DNA from: Octopus bimaculoides
Taxonomy: Eukaryota
Assembly (NCBI RefSeq): GCF_001194135.2
Contig: NC_068985.1
Coordinates: 36,151,348 to 36,215,347 of the forward strand
Direction of reading: 5' to 3'
Length of the DNA: 64,000 nucleotides
This document shows, piece after piece, positions 13,539 through 26,978 of this stretch (position 1 is the stretch's first letter; each line of letters begins with the position of its first letter). The translations under genes were made by a program, and so were the position numbers. Below the pieces are notes generated by a model that worked only from the letters and a program-made list of their open reading frames with translations, searched no databases and was not told the origin of the DNA.

Positions 13539-15642
13539 CATTAACCTTGTCTATCTTCTAAACAACACTGCCATGAAAATGCCCTTTCGCCCACTAAAAT
13601 CAAACTCTAACCTCTTTACTCTACTTTTGTAGACTCTAGGAAATGTCTGAAAATTAAATGAAGCAATATCCTTTCTTTCTCTCAATATTTTCATGTTCAT
13701 TCAAAACTAAATCTGAAATCCGTATGTAAAGAAATTTGGTATTATTGAAAGGAAAAAAAAAAATGACTAAAAAGAATATTTTTGTACAGAACTCACCCAC
13801 CCCCAGCAAAAATATGTTTTCCTAATGTTGGAAGACACTTTACTCACCTATTGACAACTCATCCCTATTTAAGATGATTAAATTCAGTGGTATTGCTACC
13901 AATACAAACTTTTTGATTCCTTATTGGTACTCTTCTGGTTTAATTTTTTTAATATTTATACCGCTGTTTATCCATTTTATGGTTTGTTTCTTTTTTTTTT
14001 TGTATTTTCTGTTGAGAATGACATTGTTCTGTAGATATGATAAAACACCATTTTTTTTTCAGTTCAACTTATTCATATATATTTAACATTCATTCAGACT
14101 CCCACACTCTAGAATATTGACTAGCCAACAATTAGCCTATTTATTTGTTTATCATAATTTGATATTTTCTAAATTAATTCATTACTTCTAGGGAATGACT
14201 GATTATCTTCAAGAATTGGTAAGATGGCATTTCACTACTAAATAAATATGAAATTATTACTTAGAGGAACTTATGTATGTTTTGAGAAAACAATTATATC
14301 ACTAAGATGGGTTGTGGGTTACATATGAAGATTTGAAAAGAGATATCAAGGGCCTCTTGTCAGAGTGGTTCAAATAATATGTGATATAAGGTATATCCAG
14401 TTTCTTTCTTGAAAGATTAGTATAACCTAATCTGTAGTGAGTCATTGTATCTCCCCAGCCCACAAAGAAAAAAAATGTTTCATTCCAGTTTACAACTGAA
14501 ATTTCATTTTGTCTGAATGATATCTGTGATGTAAAAATCAAATAATATACGAGCACCTTACTATACTAGCTCCTCATGTTTAAACCAAACAGGGTCCTAT
14601 AGATTGAAACTAAATTGGATCGTGTAAGTGAAAGTCGTATTGAAAAACAAGGGATAAAAAAATAAAACAAATAAATTATTTAACAAATTGTTGGAGTACT
14701 TATTTTCTCCACGCTGATATTTTTTTGTATTAAAACTAGAAATATCACCATGAGGAACCATATAAAAGTATTTTCAGATATATTTTTGTAATGAAGGCCA
14801 GTTAGCCTGCAATAGAACATTATAACTGCCAATAATGTCTGCTATGTTGTTGATTTTATATGCCTTAAACAAATTATAAAGGAAAAATTTATAAAATTTG
14901 CACAGATATAATTGCAATGGCTCTATGTTTTTAGTGCTTTATCCCCTGTAATGTTAAATTTAGCTATTTGCATACAACTAAGTATAATAATTGTATTATA
15001 TTTCCAAGTTGTTATTTATAAAATTGAATGTGATATTTTTGTGAGTTAGAATAACATATATCAACCTCTTATTATAAGGGCGCACAATTTGATAAAACTT
15101 TAAAATTTGAGCAATATGCTGACATTTTGAATATCACAGGGAATTCAAACAGAAAACTATATCTTTAAATATCCCCCATTTTCAAGATATTTATTCATTG
15201 TCATGAAGGCTAACTGGTGTTCAGGAATACAGGATATTTTACCATATCTGAATAGTGTGGCTGGAAGATCATCTACAACATTTGTGGGGATAAGCTTTAA
15301 GATCACAATTTTATTCAAGCCTTTGATTAAAGTGATATTATTACTCAACTGAATTTAATGAATCTAGATCTATATTATCCCTCTCTGGGAACACTCACAC
15401 TTAAAATATCTAGCTTTAAGTAAAATGTTTCACCTTTGGTATTCATCTAATCAACAGATACAAATATATCGTGATTTATTCCCTATCAACTCACCAGTTG
15501 ATAGTGACTTTTAAAGAAAAGTAATCTAATTGGGGTTATTCTGTATTAGCTTTGAAGTAAAATATAATTACCTTATTTTAAAATTTTATTTACTTACTAA
15601 AATAGTTGAAAATTGGATTTAGTTTAGTTCTCTTGGAAGATG

Positions 15643-15707
<65 letters not shown>
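15643..15707. repeat. (TAA)n microsatellite
   Basis: Direct reading. Confidence 0.95.
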
Positions 15708-15708
<1 letters not shown>

Positions 15709-17188
15709 GTTAATTAACTTTCTTACTAGTAAACTACTTGAAATTGTTTTCATTTCTTATCTCACTCTTATCACTGTCTCCAGAAGGACTATCAATTGGT
15801 ACCATTAGTTAGACTTATGTCATCTTTAGGTAAATATGTAAATATCTTCACTTGCCATTTAGACATTGCAAATAGTGGATGAGGAGTCAAAGGTTGAGCA
15901 TTTCTCCTTGACATGTTATAATTTTTTTTTCCTTTTTGAGAAAATGATATTTTGATAATAAAATGAGTGAAAACAAAAGAAAGAGCAAACTTGAGTAAAA
16001 GTGATAATGGTAATAATCATGATAATTAATCATAATAACAATAATATAAAATGAAGAAAAGAAGAAAAAGAAGACAAAAGCAACAAACAGACATAAAACA
16101 CTGGTAAACTTGTCAGTGGAGTTGAAAAATTGTTAAGAAATCTATAATTTTTGATAGACAAAGAAATATTTTTTAAATATGCGAACTAACCAATAAATTT
16201 GGCCTGCATTATTACTGTTATTGGCTTTATTGTTGTCAGTTGGAAATATTTTTTCAAAAGAGTTTGCTGTTGGAGTTGTTTTCTTACAAAGTCCTTTCTT
16301 TCTGTGTACAGTTATCTTTATGTTTCCCTCTTTCTTTCTCTTCTTCTTCTTCTCCCTTCTTTCTCTGTTTCTTTTTCTCTAAATAAAAATAAATCTCTCA
16401 ATTGCAGTTGATTCCAATACAATTTATATATTTTTTCTTGTACATTTCAAAGAACATATTGCAGAGAAGCAATAAGAATACAAAGGAAATTTAAAAAAAA
16501 AAAGAATTAAATATTTAAAAAATATTATATTTTGCTAGATGAAAAAAATATTCTATTCCCTTTCCATTTGTCTGAATTTCTTTTTCTCCAGACCTAAAAT
16601 TATTTACCCTTTATGGGGCAAAAAGTTCTTATTCTAACAATATTAAGATATATTTCATTAAAATAATTTAACAATTTTTCCATTATTGATTNNNNNNNNN
16701 NNNNNNNNNNNNNNNNNNNNNNNNNNNNNNNNNNNNNNNNNNNNNNNNNNNNNNNNNNNNNNNNNNNNNNNNNNNNNNNNNNNNNNNNNNNNNNNNNNNN
16801 NNNNNNNNNNNNNNNNNNNNNNNNNNNNNNNNNNNNNNNNNNNNNNNNNNNNNNNNNNNNNNNNNNNNNNNNNNNNNNNNNNNNNNNNNNNNNNNNNNNN
16901 NNNNNNNNNNNNNNNNNNNNNNNNNNNNNNNNNNNNNNNNNNNNNNNNNNNNNNNNNNNNNNNNNNNNNNNNNNNNNNNNNNNNNNNNNNNNNNNNNNNN
17001 NNNNNNNNNNNNNNNNNNNNNNNNNNNNNNNNNNNNNNNNNNNNNNNNNNNNNNNNNNNNNNNNNNNNNNNNNNNNNNNNNNNNNNNNNNNNNNNNNNNN
17101 NNNNNNNNNNNNNNNNNNNNNNNNNNNNNNNNNNNNNNNNNNNNNNNNNNNNNNNNNNNNNNNNNNNNNNNNNNNNNNNNNNNNNNNN

Positions 17189-17240
<52 letters not shown>

Positions 17241-17353
17241 TGGATAGGCTAATTTTCTTGGACTGCTTATTGCCATTTTATAAAGTAAGCTGGCTCACTG
17301 GTATTTGGACTGAGTCTGAGAAGCTACCAATATCAATATTTATTATTATGATG

Positions 17354-17545
17354 AAGGTGGCAAGCTAGCAGAATTGTTAGCATTCCAGATAAAATGCTTA
17401 GTAACATCTCATCAGCCTTTACTTTCTGAATTCAAATTCTGCTGTGAAATAAGTACTAGTTGACTACTGGGGTCAATTAATCAATCAACCAGCCCTTCCC
17501 CTAAAAAATTTAAGGCCTTGTGCCTATAGCAGAAAGGATTATTAT
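17354..17545 (+). mobile_element. tRNA-head SINE, family B
   Basis: ggtggcaagctagcagaattgttagc...gaattcaaattc (B-box-like)...aagtactagttgactactggggtcaat...ggccttgtgcctatagcagaaaggattattatt. The same pattern recurs at 30284, 30524, 35988, 36238, 41030, 48700 and 55152. Confidence 0.8.
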
Positions 17546-19546
17546 TATTATTTTGTTATTGTTACTGTTGTTTTTTCAAGAAATGAAAAGAAAATGAGAA
17601 AAAATGTAAAAATGTAATGTTTGTCAATTAAATTTATAAGCATGTTGTTTAGAAAATAATTTCTCTCAGATTATAACTGAAATGTTATAATTTATGTTCT
17701 TCATTACTGTCTACAAGAATTTAATTCTGTGGGCTTCACTCATCTCATGAATTATCACAGAAAAAAAGTTAAGGATGCTTACCTTTTTTTCAATCCTTAT
17801 GAAACAGTTGCTATATTTTTTTAAATCTCTTTTATTTCCTTTCAGGGATTTTTTTCTTGTTAATTTTATTTCAATTCTTTTCCAAAATTTAGTTTTAAAA
17901 TATTTATAAGTTTGAATTTTGTAACTCTTGTCCTTGTTTGGAAGCTTTCTTCTCTTTTTTTTTTTTGTGTTTTGTATTAATAATAAATATTTCATTTTTT
18001 TTTATATATTCTCTGATTTTTACCATACATAAGTTTTTTTTAATAAATGCCACCTCTTAATATTTTTTATATTATTTTTTTTATGATACTTAATTTAAGA
18101 AATTATTTAAAATTATCCAGTTATTAAAAAAAGATATCAAATTAAAAAGATTTTTGACTAAAAGATTTAATGTAAAAAATACTTTTCATTCTAAAATGTA
18201 AAGCTACCAAAAACCAAGACTAACAGAATTCTCCTGTTGTCTCCAATCACCCTCCCCAAAAAGGAAAGAAATTTTAAATGTTAATTTTATGGCTGCAGGA
18301 AACGTATAAGAAGTTTCAGATTATCTTAGATCAAGAAATTTTTTAGCCTTTGTTTTTTGGGGGTTTTTTTAAGGTCAAATACATTTTTCTGATACAATAA
18401 CTGTTCTAGTTACAACTGATGCTACATTAATAAAAAATATATTTTATTGTTGTTCTTGTTGTTACATCACTGTTGCATCATCAACACCATGTAATTAAGA
18501 AGTAGAAACATAAGCATAAGTTCTCAATGAGACACCCTAAGTCTTTAGTCAAACACTGTCTTAATTTTGTATTTGTATTTGTTTGATGAGTGGCTTGATC
18601 TTAAATTGTTTTGAAACTGAAGCAATTACATTGTGGAAGAGAAATTTTAATCATTTAAGAACTCACTAAAACTGTTGGGTTTACTTTTTGTTTGTTTCTT
18701 GAGGTGTCAAATTTTGTGTCCCACATCTGCAACCTTGTCACTGACTTAAGGTCACTACAGCTGCTGAAAATTATTCACTGGTAAGTTTCAATAGGCCTCA
18801 CAGATTTTCCTTTACTACCCCCACCTTGTTTGTTGTTGTTGCTGTTATAGTTGTTTAATCTCTAAACATATGGGCCTAATGAATATTTGTTGTTTAGTAT
18901 TAAGACATGGGTGGCCATTAGTCATTTTTTGGTTCAATTTTTCTACAAAAGTTTTGGTTCTGTTTGTCCACAAATCTATGTTCTATTTCAGCCATTCTTT
19001 GTTCTTTTACTTTTTTTCCTTTCTTTTCTCTTGATTGTTTTGAATATATGAAAATGTTGTTGGCTATGTATATAAAAAGTATGATTGAAATATCTTGTTC
19101 TATAGAACAAGACTTTTGAATTTAGATTCTAGCTTAGTTGATATATTTAACTGTGTGTCAAAAATGTGGAGAGCAAATAATAATTTTTAAATGATATAAC
19201 AGATAAATTATAATATTTTTTATAACTCTGTATGCACACACACAAACACACACATACACATGGAGTGACACTGCCTGTTAGTGTTGAAACCATGAAAATA
19301 TCTGATTAAGCAGTTGAGGATAGGATGTTCCCTCTTAATGTCTTCATTATGTCTTCATTCTGTTGTTATCTCTGTAAATTTTTAGATAGTTTTACTTTTA
19401 ATTCTAGTAATTTTTTTATGCAGGAGTTTGTTAGAATTTTATCAAATAAATAGCAGTAATGGCAACTAGCTTTATATGTACAGGTAATTGAATGTTGGAC
19501 TTTATGAGGTTTAGAAGAAGTGAGAGAGAGAGAGAGAGACACACAC

Positions 19547-19592
<46 letters not shown>

Positions 19593-19879
19593 GTGTATAA
19601 AAACTGATCTAAGGTGGAGAGGATTTTTTTTCTATATATTAGCTAATTCACTGTTGGGTGTGGCTTCTATAAATATTACATTATTGACATTGCACCATGT
19701 ACTGAGTATGGTTTTTTTACTGTTACTTGTAACTACTATTTTCCATCAAAGTTGGAATTGCTGGAAATGGTGCACATTTTTTCATGATGTGGTGAGATGA
19801 GCAAATAAAACAAAAAATGGCTACCTCTAATTTTGATATAGCACTGTACCCTTGGTAAGTTGATGGCATTAACTTTATC

Positions 19880-20345
19880 ATTAAAACTTATGCTGCTGAT
19901 CGTCAGTTGGATGAAGAAAACACTGTTTACTAGACGATGCATAACAATTCTAACTGTGATAGTACAAAAGTCACTATTGACTACCCACTAGACACCCCAG
20001 TAAAAGATTACCTATAATGGACAGCATTCTATGGATAGAGAATAAAACTCTTAATGGGACAACCAAACCATACATATTCCCCATATATTGTAAATTATCC
20101 ATGACAGACTCACTTGTATCTAGAAAAGATTCTGATGTGTTGGAAACTGCTAAACTGATCATACTAATGACAGATTTCAGAAGACTAATGAGAAACCTTT
20201 CACAAATGTGCTAGTCTCAAGAATAGTAAGACTACCTTCAGTATTTTATTTACCAAATGTAGTTATCTGGTTACACTATGAATATACAGTGAAAAAATCC
20301 AAGAAATGGTTTGAAATCATTTCAAAAATTGATGCAAATGAATAT
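19880..20345 (+). mobile_element. Penelope-like element fossil (RT thumb region)
   Basis: Frame-shifted translation TIDYP..HPSKRLPIMDSILWIENK...IYCKLSM...SDVLETAKLIILMTDFRRLMRNLS resembles the PLE pattern D.P......LPILD..VW...Y.KP..S....K..IL..E..R..RN.S. Confidence 0.5.
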
Positions 20346-20577
20346 ATAAATATATATGTATATTTATATATATATATATATATATNNNNNNNNNNNNNNN
20401 NNNNNNNNNNNNNNNNNNNNNNNNNNNNNNNNNNNNNNNNNNNNNCATCATCATCATCGTTTAACGTCCGCTTTCCATGCTAGCATATATATGTGTGTGT
20501 GTATATACATATATAGATGATGATGATGATGATGATGATGATGATAAGTGTAACTCATATATATGTATACATATAAA

Positions 20578-20621
<44 letters not shown>

Positions 20622-22371
20622 TAAGGAGAACATGGAGAGTTAGAACTCTCCATTTTCTCCTTATAATATATCATATTGAAATATACCTATATATCAAAAT
20701 GTATTAATCATTAAACTCCATAATATACTTAATTGGTACCTGTTTAAACAATAAACACCAATATCATTAATTTATACTGGACTCTTGAACTTTTACATCG
20801 ATATATAAGATTAAACTGGTGAAGATTGGATGATAACATCCCTTTTAGAAGTATCTCTTTACTCTAAATATATATATTTATATACAAAACTTCTCTAAGG
20901 TGGAGAAGGAATACATACATGTCTGTGAATGTCTGTGAGTCTATATGCATATGTATCAGTGTATGTATATATGTATAAGTGTCTATGTAAATGTGTGGAA
21001 TTATTTATAAATTAGGGTATGTAGGATTTTTATGTACATATATACAGAACTTGTTATGGTTATATCTACTGATTTCCTATAGAAATTATAGTGAACACTG
21101 ATATGTTACATTTTGTGTCTGAGTATGCCTACTGTACACAACAAATCAGTGCTGGTTATAATGTCTAAAGAAAATACATAGAGATAACATTAACAAGTGA
21201 TTTAACAGCACTGCTAACACAGTAGTACACATAATTGACTTATAAAATGTTTAATATACTTTGTAATATATTCTGGTTGCATAGCAAAATACGGTGTCCC
21301 TACAAATTATCAATATATACAGAGATATATGTGTGATTTTATGTTATTTATAAATTATTATTTGTTAATCCAACACTTCCTTTTACCATACAAGTAAATA
21401 CATCAACTTAGCAAGAATATATAAATTTAGTAAACTTGTAGTAGCAGCAGATATTTTCACTATACTTTATATGTACACATAGCCAACAACACTCAAAAAG
21501 CAAACCCTCATCACAAGAAGGAGAAAAAAATATGTAAGGATGGCTGATTGTAATAAAACATCTTAATTTATAGACAGACAGAAGAACTGAATCTAAAAGT
21601 GACAAAAAACAGTTCATGTCAAAAGCTCAAACAGGCTCAACAAAGAGATAAAGAATAAATAAAATTCCCTGAGACCTATCAATACTCACCAGTATATTAT
21701 TTTAAATAGTTGTGGTGGAATTTGTTAGTGATCATGTAGTAGAGGTAGGGTGACAATTTTAACACCTCAATCAATAAATAAAAATTGAATATAACACTTA
21801 TTGCATGTTCTAAAAAGGCTCTTCCACTATCTTATTTATGATTTTGTAATAGTTTGATTAATTACCATTTTCATCAGTTTTGAATTATTATGGTTGTATT
21901 TTTTTTTTTGTTTTTTTGTTGACTGTCAATTCAAAAGAAGACTGAAAAATTTCCAAATGTTTGCTATCTGAAAAAATATGTACTCAGTTATAAAGTAGTT
22001 TTTAGTGAAGTGATTTGCTTCCTAATAATTCCTGTAATTTAAACCATTGTTTCCTGAACTTTTTTTTTCAATTTAGTGCCATTTTAATTAAGTGAGTCCC
22101 AGTACTAACTATTAGTAGTAAAATTGTTATTTTTCAGAAAAGTGATTGGTGTGATACTAGAGGTATAGAAAAACAATAAAATTTTAAACAGGTAATTTAC
22201 AATTTATCAATCAGCATTGATTTAGACTCTTTTAATTCAATTAATTAAACAAAATTATGAATCTTTTTCAAGAGATAACAACTTTTCAAAATCTAATAGT
22301 CGTTTCACAACAGTTTTTGAGACTACTTTAAATATTTACTTTAGTGTAGATTAATCAACTTAAAAAATATA

Positions 22372-23299
22372 CAAGGGCGAGCCAAAAAGTAATGCAATTT
22401 GTTTTATTATATAAAAAGCAAGGAACACAAATATATCACACATCAAAATATAGCTATACATCACAAGTTTACGTCCCTACTTCTCAACATAGTTACCACC
22501 TCTTTCAATGGCAGTATTCCACCTATGAATGAGGGCATGTATTGCAGCTTTATAATATTCAGCTGGCTGCTGACATAGCCAATTCCTTACAGCAGTTTTC
22601 ACTTCTACACTCCATCAATTGTCTTTTTGATTCTGGTTCATAATGATGAATCCAAGTTTCATTACCAGTTATGAGCCTTTGAAAGAAGGTTTTGTCTCTT
22701 TCACTGAGTTCAAGAAGTTCAGTGCAATGTTTAACCCTTTCAATCCTGTGCTCATTTGTCAATTGTTTTGGTACCCAGCAGGCACACACTTTTGAATATC
22801 CAAGTGACTCGATAATGTTGAGTACTATTATGGCTAACTCCAAGCTTTGAGGCCAGCTCATCAATGCTTATGTGCCTATCAGTTCTAATTAAAGCATCTG
22901 CTTTTTCTTTGTTGGCAGGGTTGACAGAAGTTGACATGCAGCCACAAGACGTATCTGCTAAGCATGAATTTCCCAATTCTTTTGGTCTGTTGAATTCTCA
23001 TTCAGATGGTGAGCCCATCTCCACAGATTGCTGTAGTCTAAAGCTCTATGTTTTTAAACATTTTTCACTTCCTTTGGCATCAAAGAACTCAATTACCGTT
23101 CTTTCCTTCTGATGGACTTCCAGCAGGGCAGCCATTCCAATATCAGCTTATTTATTTATATATCTGGAAAAAAAAAAAAAATTAGATAATTAAATATCAA
23201 GAGTATATGTGCCTTTATAGCTGTACCAAATATCAAATAAATGCATTGAAAAATGCACCTCTTATGATAAAAATTGCATTACTTTTTGACTCAACATTA
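22372..23299 (-). mobile_element. Mariner element with both TIRs, TA target duplication and an internal deletion of the catalytic core
   Basis: Left end ta|caagggcgagccaaaaagtaatgcaattt and right end aaattgcattactttttgactcaacatta|ta. Coding remnants include HTH, WVPKQL and ITGNETWIHHYEPESKRQ, which jumps directly to the C-terminal EVKTAVRNWLCQQPAEYYKAAIHALIHRWNTAIERGGNYVEK*. Confidence 0.9.
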
Positions 23300-24460
23300 T
23301 ATCTTGATTCTGTAATTCCAACCCTTCAAAACTGATTGTAATTTAGCAATAGTCTTAAATAATTATAATATGTAATTAATTTCACGAAGATTTTATTTAT
23401 TTAGCATAACAGATTATCTTGATTGCAGCGTTGCTAAATTTCTGAGACCCTTAATAGTCAATAAATTTAGTATTTTACTATTCAATAAATTCTTACTATA
23501 GTGAATGGATAAAATTTTTTGTAACTCAGTGCTATTCAGAGTGATCCTGCTTACTGTAAGTGTACCTCTTGGCACCTCACAATACTTCAAACACTCTCTA
23601 AGGAATAAATCATTAACAAAAAAATTATAAACATTGACCTAACCAAACCAATGAGAGTGCCTTTATGTAGTCACTTCATATAAATATTAGCCAAATCTAC
23701 ATATTACACTTTGCCATCTTTAGGAAAGAAAGGACACATTAGATAGTGATACATATATGACATATATCCCATTTTCCTAAGAAGATGGGATGGCCATGGT
23801 TAGAATACCCTTGTTCAGGGGTCTGATCAGGCTAACAGGGACAAAACAATAACAAATTAACATACTTGCTTAGAAGTATTTGTTTTCACATAAGGCATTA
23901 ATATGAGTGCCAGAAGTCTCATGACCCATTAGTTTGGTCTTCATATACTGTGTAACTTTCTCTCTCATGGTTGCATTGTGAATTCTTAACCACACAGCCT
24001 TATCTCTCTGTGTCCAGAAAGATAAGTAAAATGATTAAATAAGGCATAGACATGGCTATGAATTTGATGTCTACTGATTTCTTGTATCAGTGGTTACAAC
24101 ACTTAATTTGCATATAAATATTCACAAAGTAAAGAGTGGTAACCACCAAAATGTTACTTATAAGAGTTTGATTTTCAGTTCTCTGATATATTAACAGCAT
24201 ATATACATATCACTTCTAAAGCCAGAATTAAGCCCTGCTTTTATGAACTCTGTGTCATGTATGTGAATATATAATTTTCTCTCCATCATATGGATCATAT
24301 TTAAGTATGTGCACTTTTTACCTAGCTAAATATGTATCTGTAAGCATGAGAGTGTGTGATGTATGATTGTGTTTCTGTGTGTATAGAAATGCATATACAT
24401 AAAAATTCTGATCAATATGATGAGAAAATTATCATATTGACATGCATGTATGTGTGTGTA

Positions 24461-25870
24461 CATCATCATCATCGTTTAACGTCTGTCTTCCATGCATGCA
24501 TGGGTAGGACGATTGACAGGAACCAGCTAGGTATAAAAACTACCCTAGGCTACTGTGTCTATTTTGGCAGAGATTTTACGGCTGGATGCCCTTCCTAGCA
24601 TCAACCACTCTGCAGAGTGGACTCAGTGCTTTTTACGTGGCACTACCACAGGCAAAGTTAGTGTCAGCATGATTTTTACAGCTGGATGCTTTTAACATGG
24701 CACCAGCACTGGCAGGGTAACCAAGTAACTCACAAGACAAGGAATTATGAGAGGGGCAGGGTATTTGAGGAGGGGAACTTGTGTCAGAGGATGAAAGGCT
24801 AGAGTGTGACAAAGAGACAGAGAGACAGAAGCAGGTGTCTCGCCACAACAGAGGTGGGCATTAGAAGAGGTGATCCAATATCAGATAATGATAGGTTAGA
24901 GTGTAACAGAGAAATAGCAAGGCAGAAATAGGTGTCCTGCTATAGAGGAGGTACATGGTTATGCAGTGAGAGAGAGGTACAAGAAAGAGGCCAGAAACAA
25001 GTGTGCTGATGTAAAGGAGACACAGTCAGTGTCCATGTCTCACTACTATGTAACATAGCCATTCTCACACAAGCATCATACAATCTATCTTTCACTCTGA
25101 GAGAGAGTCATTTTGCTGCCAATAGAGGTAGCAGTTCTCTAAACTTCCTCCATTTTATTCTTGTTCTAGAAACACTACTTTCAGAGAATCCACCATTGTT
25201 ACTAATTTGGTCACCTAAATAGCAGAAACTATCTACTACCTCAAGAAAGCTTCCTGGGTATTTGAGAGAGTTTAAGTCCCTCATGCTCTTAGTACTTACT
25301 GTTCCTGAACATCTGCCACACACGAAAGCAACCTATATCTGATAACCTTCCTATGAGTCCACTGTTTCTTTTATGTGTCTATAGCTTACACTTGGTGCAG
25401 CAAATGGAGTTACATCCCACGCCTTTCCTACATATTGAACAGGGCCATTTATCAGCTGGAATGAGAGAGTTATCTCCTTTTGCACTAACAATTTTAGTCT
25501 TAGCTAAGTTAACATTAAAGCCCTTTGGTTCCAGGTTTTGCTTCCAAACCTGGAACTTCTTTTCCAATTCTGCTTCAGAGTTTGCAATAAGAGCAAGATC
25601 ATCTACATATAGTAGTTTCCATGGGCATCCAGTTTTGAATTCATCTGTTATGGCCTGGAGAACTCTGATGAATAAGAATGGAATAAGAACTGAACGCTGG
25701 TGTATTCTAACTTGTATGTTGAATTCATCACTGTTTTCAAGGCCAACTCTCACCTTACTGCTAGAGGGTTCTGGTTGATCTGGGTGAGGTGATGTGAACT
25801 CCTTCCCCTCTCTGGTAAATTGCTCAATCACTCTATTAACTGTAGAAAGCAGGATCCCAAGGTTTTCTGC
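24461..25870 (-). mobile_element. RTE-clade LINE remnant: RT fragment with PHD-like finger, CT-rich 3' region and family A (GAT)n end
   Basis: ORF 25379-25831 [38 protein letters not shown] (YADD equivalent), then CSIC..CTKC..HKR..CGRC and VVDSFCYLGDQIS...WRKFRELLPLL (25108-25323). It continues leftward into the catcatcatcgtttaac tail at 24461. Confidence 0.85.
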
Positions 25871-26076
25871 GATTTTATGCTGCCTTCAGAATGACACACA
25901 ATATGGTCTCTTTGAAATTCAGACAGTTCCAAGGCTTCTTTTGTACATGGCATGATTAAACAATCACATATAGAACCTGAAACATAAAAATGTCAATTAA
26001 TAAAAAATATAAACGTTTACAAGTTAGAATAAACATAAAACGATGTTTTATGGGGTGACTGTTTACTTATCATGTC

Positions 26077-26112
<36 letters not shown>

Positions 26113-26892
26113 NNNNNNNNNNNNNNNNNNNNNNNNNNNNNNNNNNNNNNNNNNNNNNNNNNNNNNNNNNNNNNNNNNNNNNNNNNNNNNNNNNNNNNNN
26201 NNNNNNNNNNNNNNNNNNNNNNNNNNNNNNNNNNNNNNNNNNNNNNNNNNNNNNNNNNNNNNNNNNNNNNNNNNNNNNNNNNNNNNNNNNNNNNNNNNNN
26301 NNNNNNNNNNNNNNNNNNNNNNNNNNNNNNNNNNNNNNNNNNNNNNNNNNNNNNNNNNNNNNNNNNNNNNNNNNNNNNNNNNNNNNNNNNNNNNNNNNNN
26401 NNNNNNNNNNNNNNNNNNNNNNNNNNNNNNNNNNNNNNNNNNNNNNNNNNNNNNNNNNNNNNNNNNNNNNNNNNNNNNNNNNNNNNNNNNNNNNNNNNNN
26501 NNNNNNNNNNNNNNNNNNNNNNNNNNNNNNNNNNNNNNNNNNNNNNNNNNNNNNNNNNNNNNNNNNNNNNNNNNNNNNNNNNNNNNNNNNNNNNNNNNNN
26601 NNNNNNNNNNNNNNNNNNNNNNNNNNNNNNNNNNNNNNNNNNNNNNNNNNNNNNNNNNNNNNNNNNNNNNNNNNNNNNNNNNNNNNNNNNNNNNNNNNNN
26701 NNNNNNNNNNNNNNNNNNNNNNNNNNNNNNNNNNNNNNNNNNNNNNNNNNNNNNNNNNNNNNNNNNNNNNNNNNNNNNNNNNNNNNNNNNNNNNNNNNNN
26801 NNNNNNNNNNNNNNNNNNNNNNNNNNNNNNNNNNNNNNNNNNNNNNNNNNNNNNNNNNNNNNNNNNNNNNNNNNNNNNNNNNNNNNNNNNNN

Positions 26893-26955
<63 letters not shown>

Positions 26956-26978
26956 ATATATATCTATATACATACACA

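Noticed and set aside
13494-13539. Long poly-T (also about 34595-34628) as a retrocopy tail
   Set aside because: No recognisable processed gene or TSD adjacent.
15157-15348. 63-aa minus ORF with a protein-like look (DDLPATLFRYG...)
   Set aside because: No recognisable family, a non-ATG start, and a length expected by chance. The overlapping micro-exon reading is listed separately at low confidence.
18704-18780. Plus-strand exon candidate with a perfect gtaagt donor
   Set aside because: The acceptor is GAG (rare), and it does not join in frame with neighbouring candidates.
25353-25778. 141-aa plus-strand ORF
   Set aside because: Antisense shadow of the RTE RT frame.
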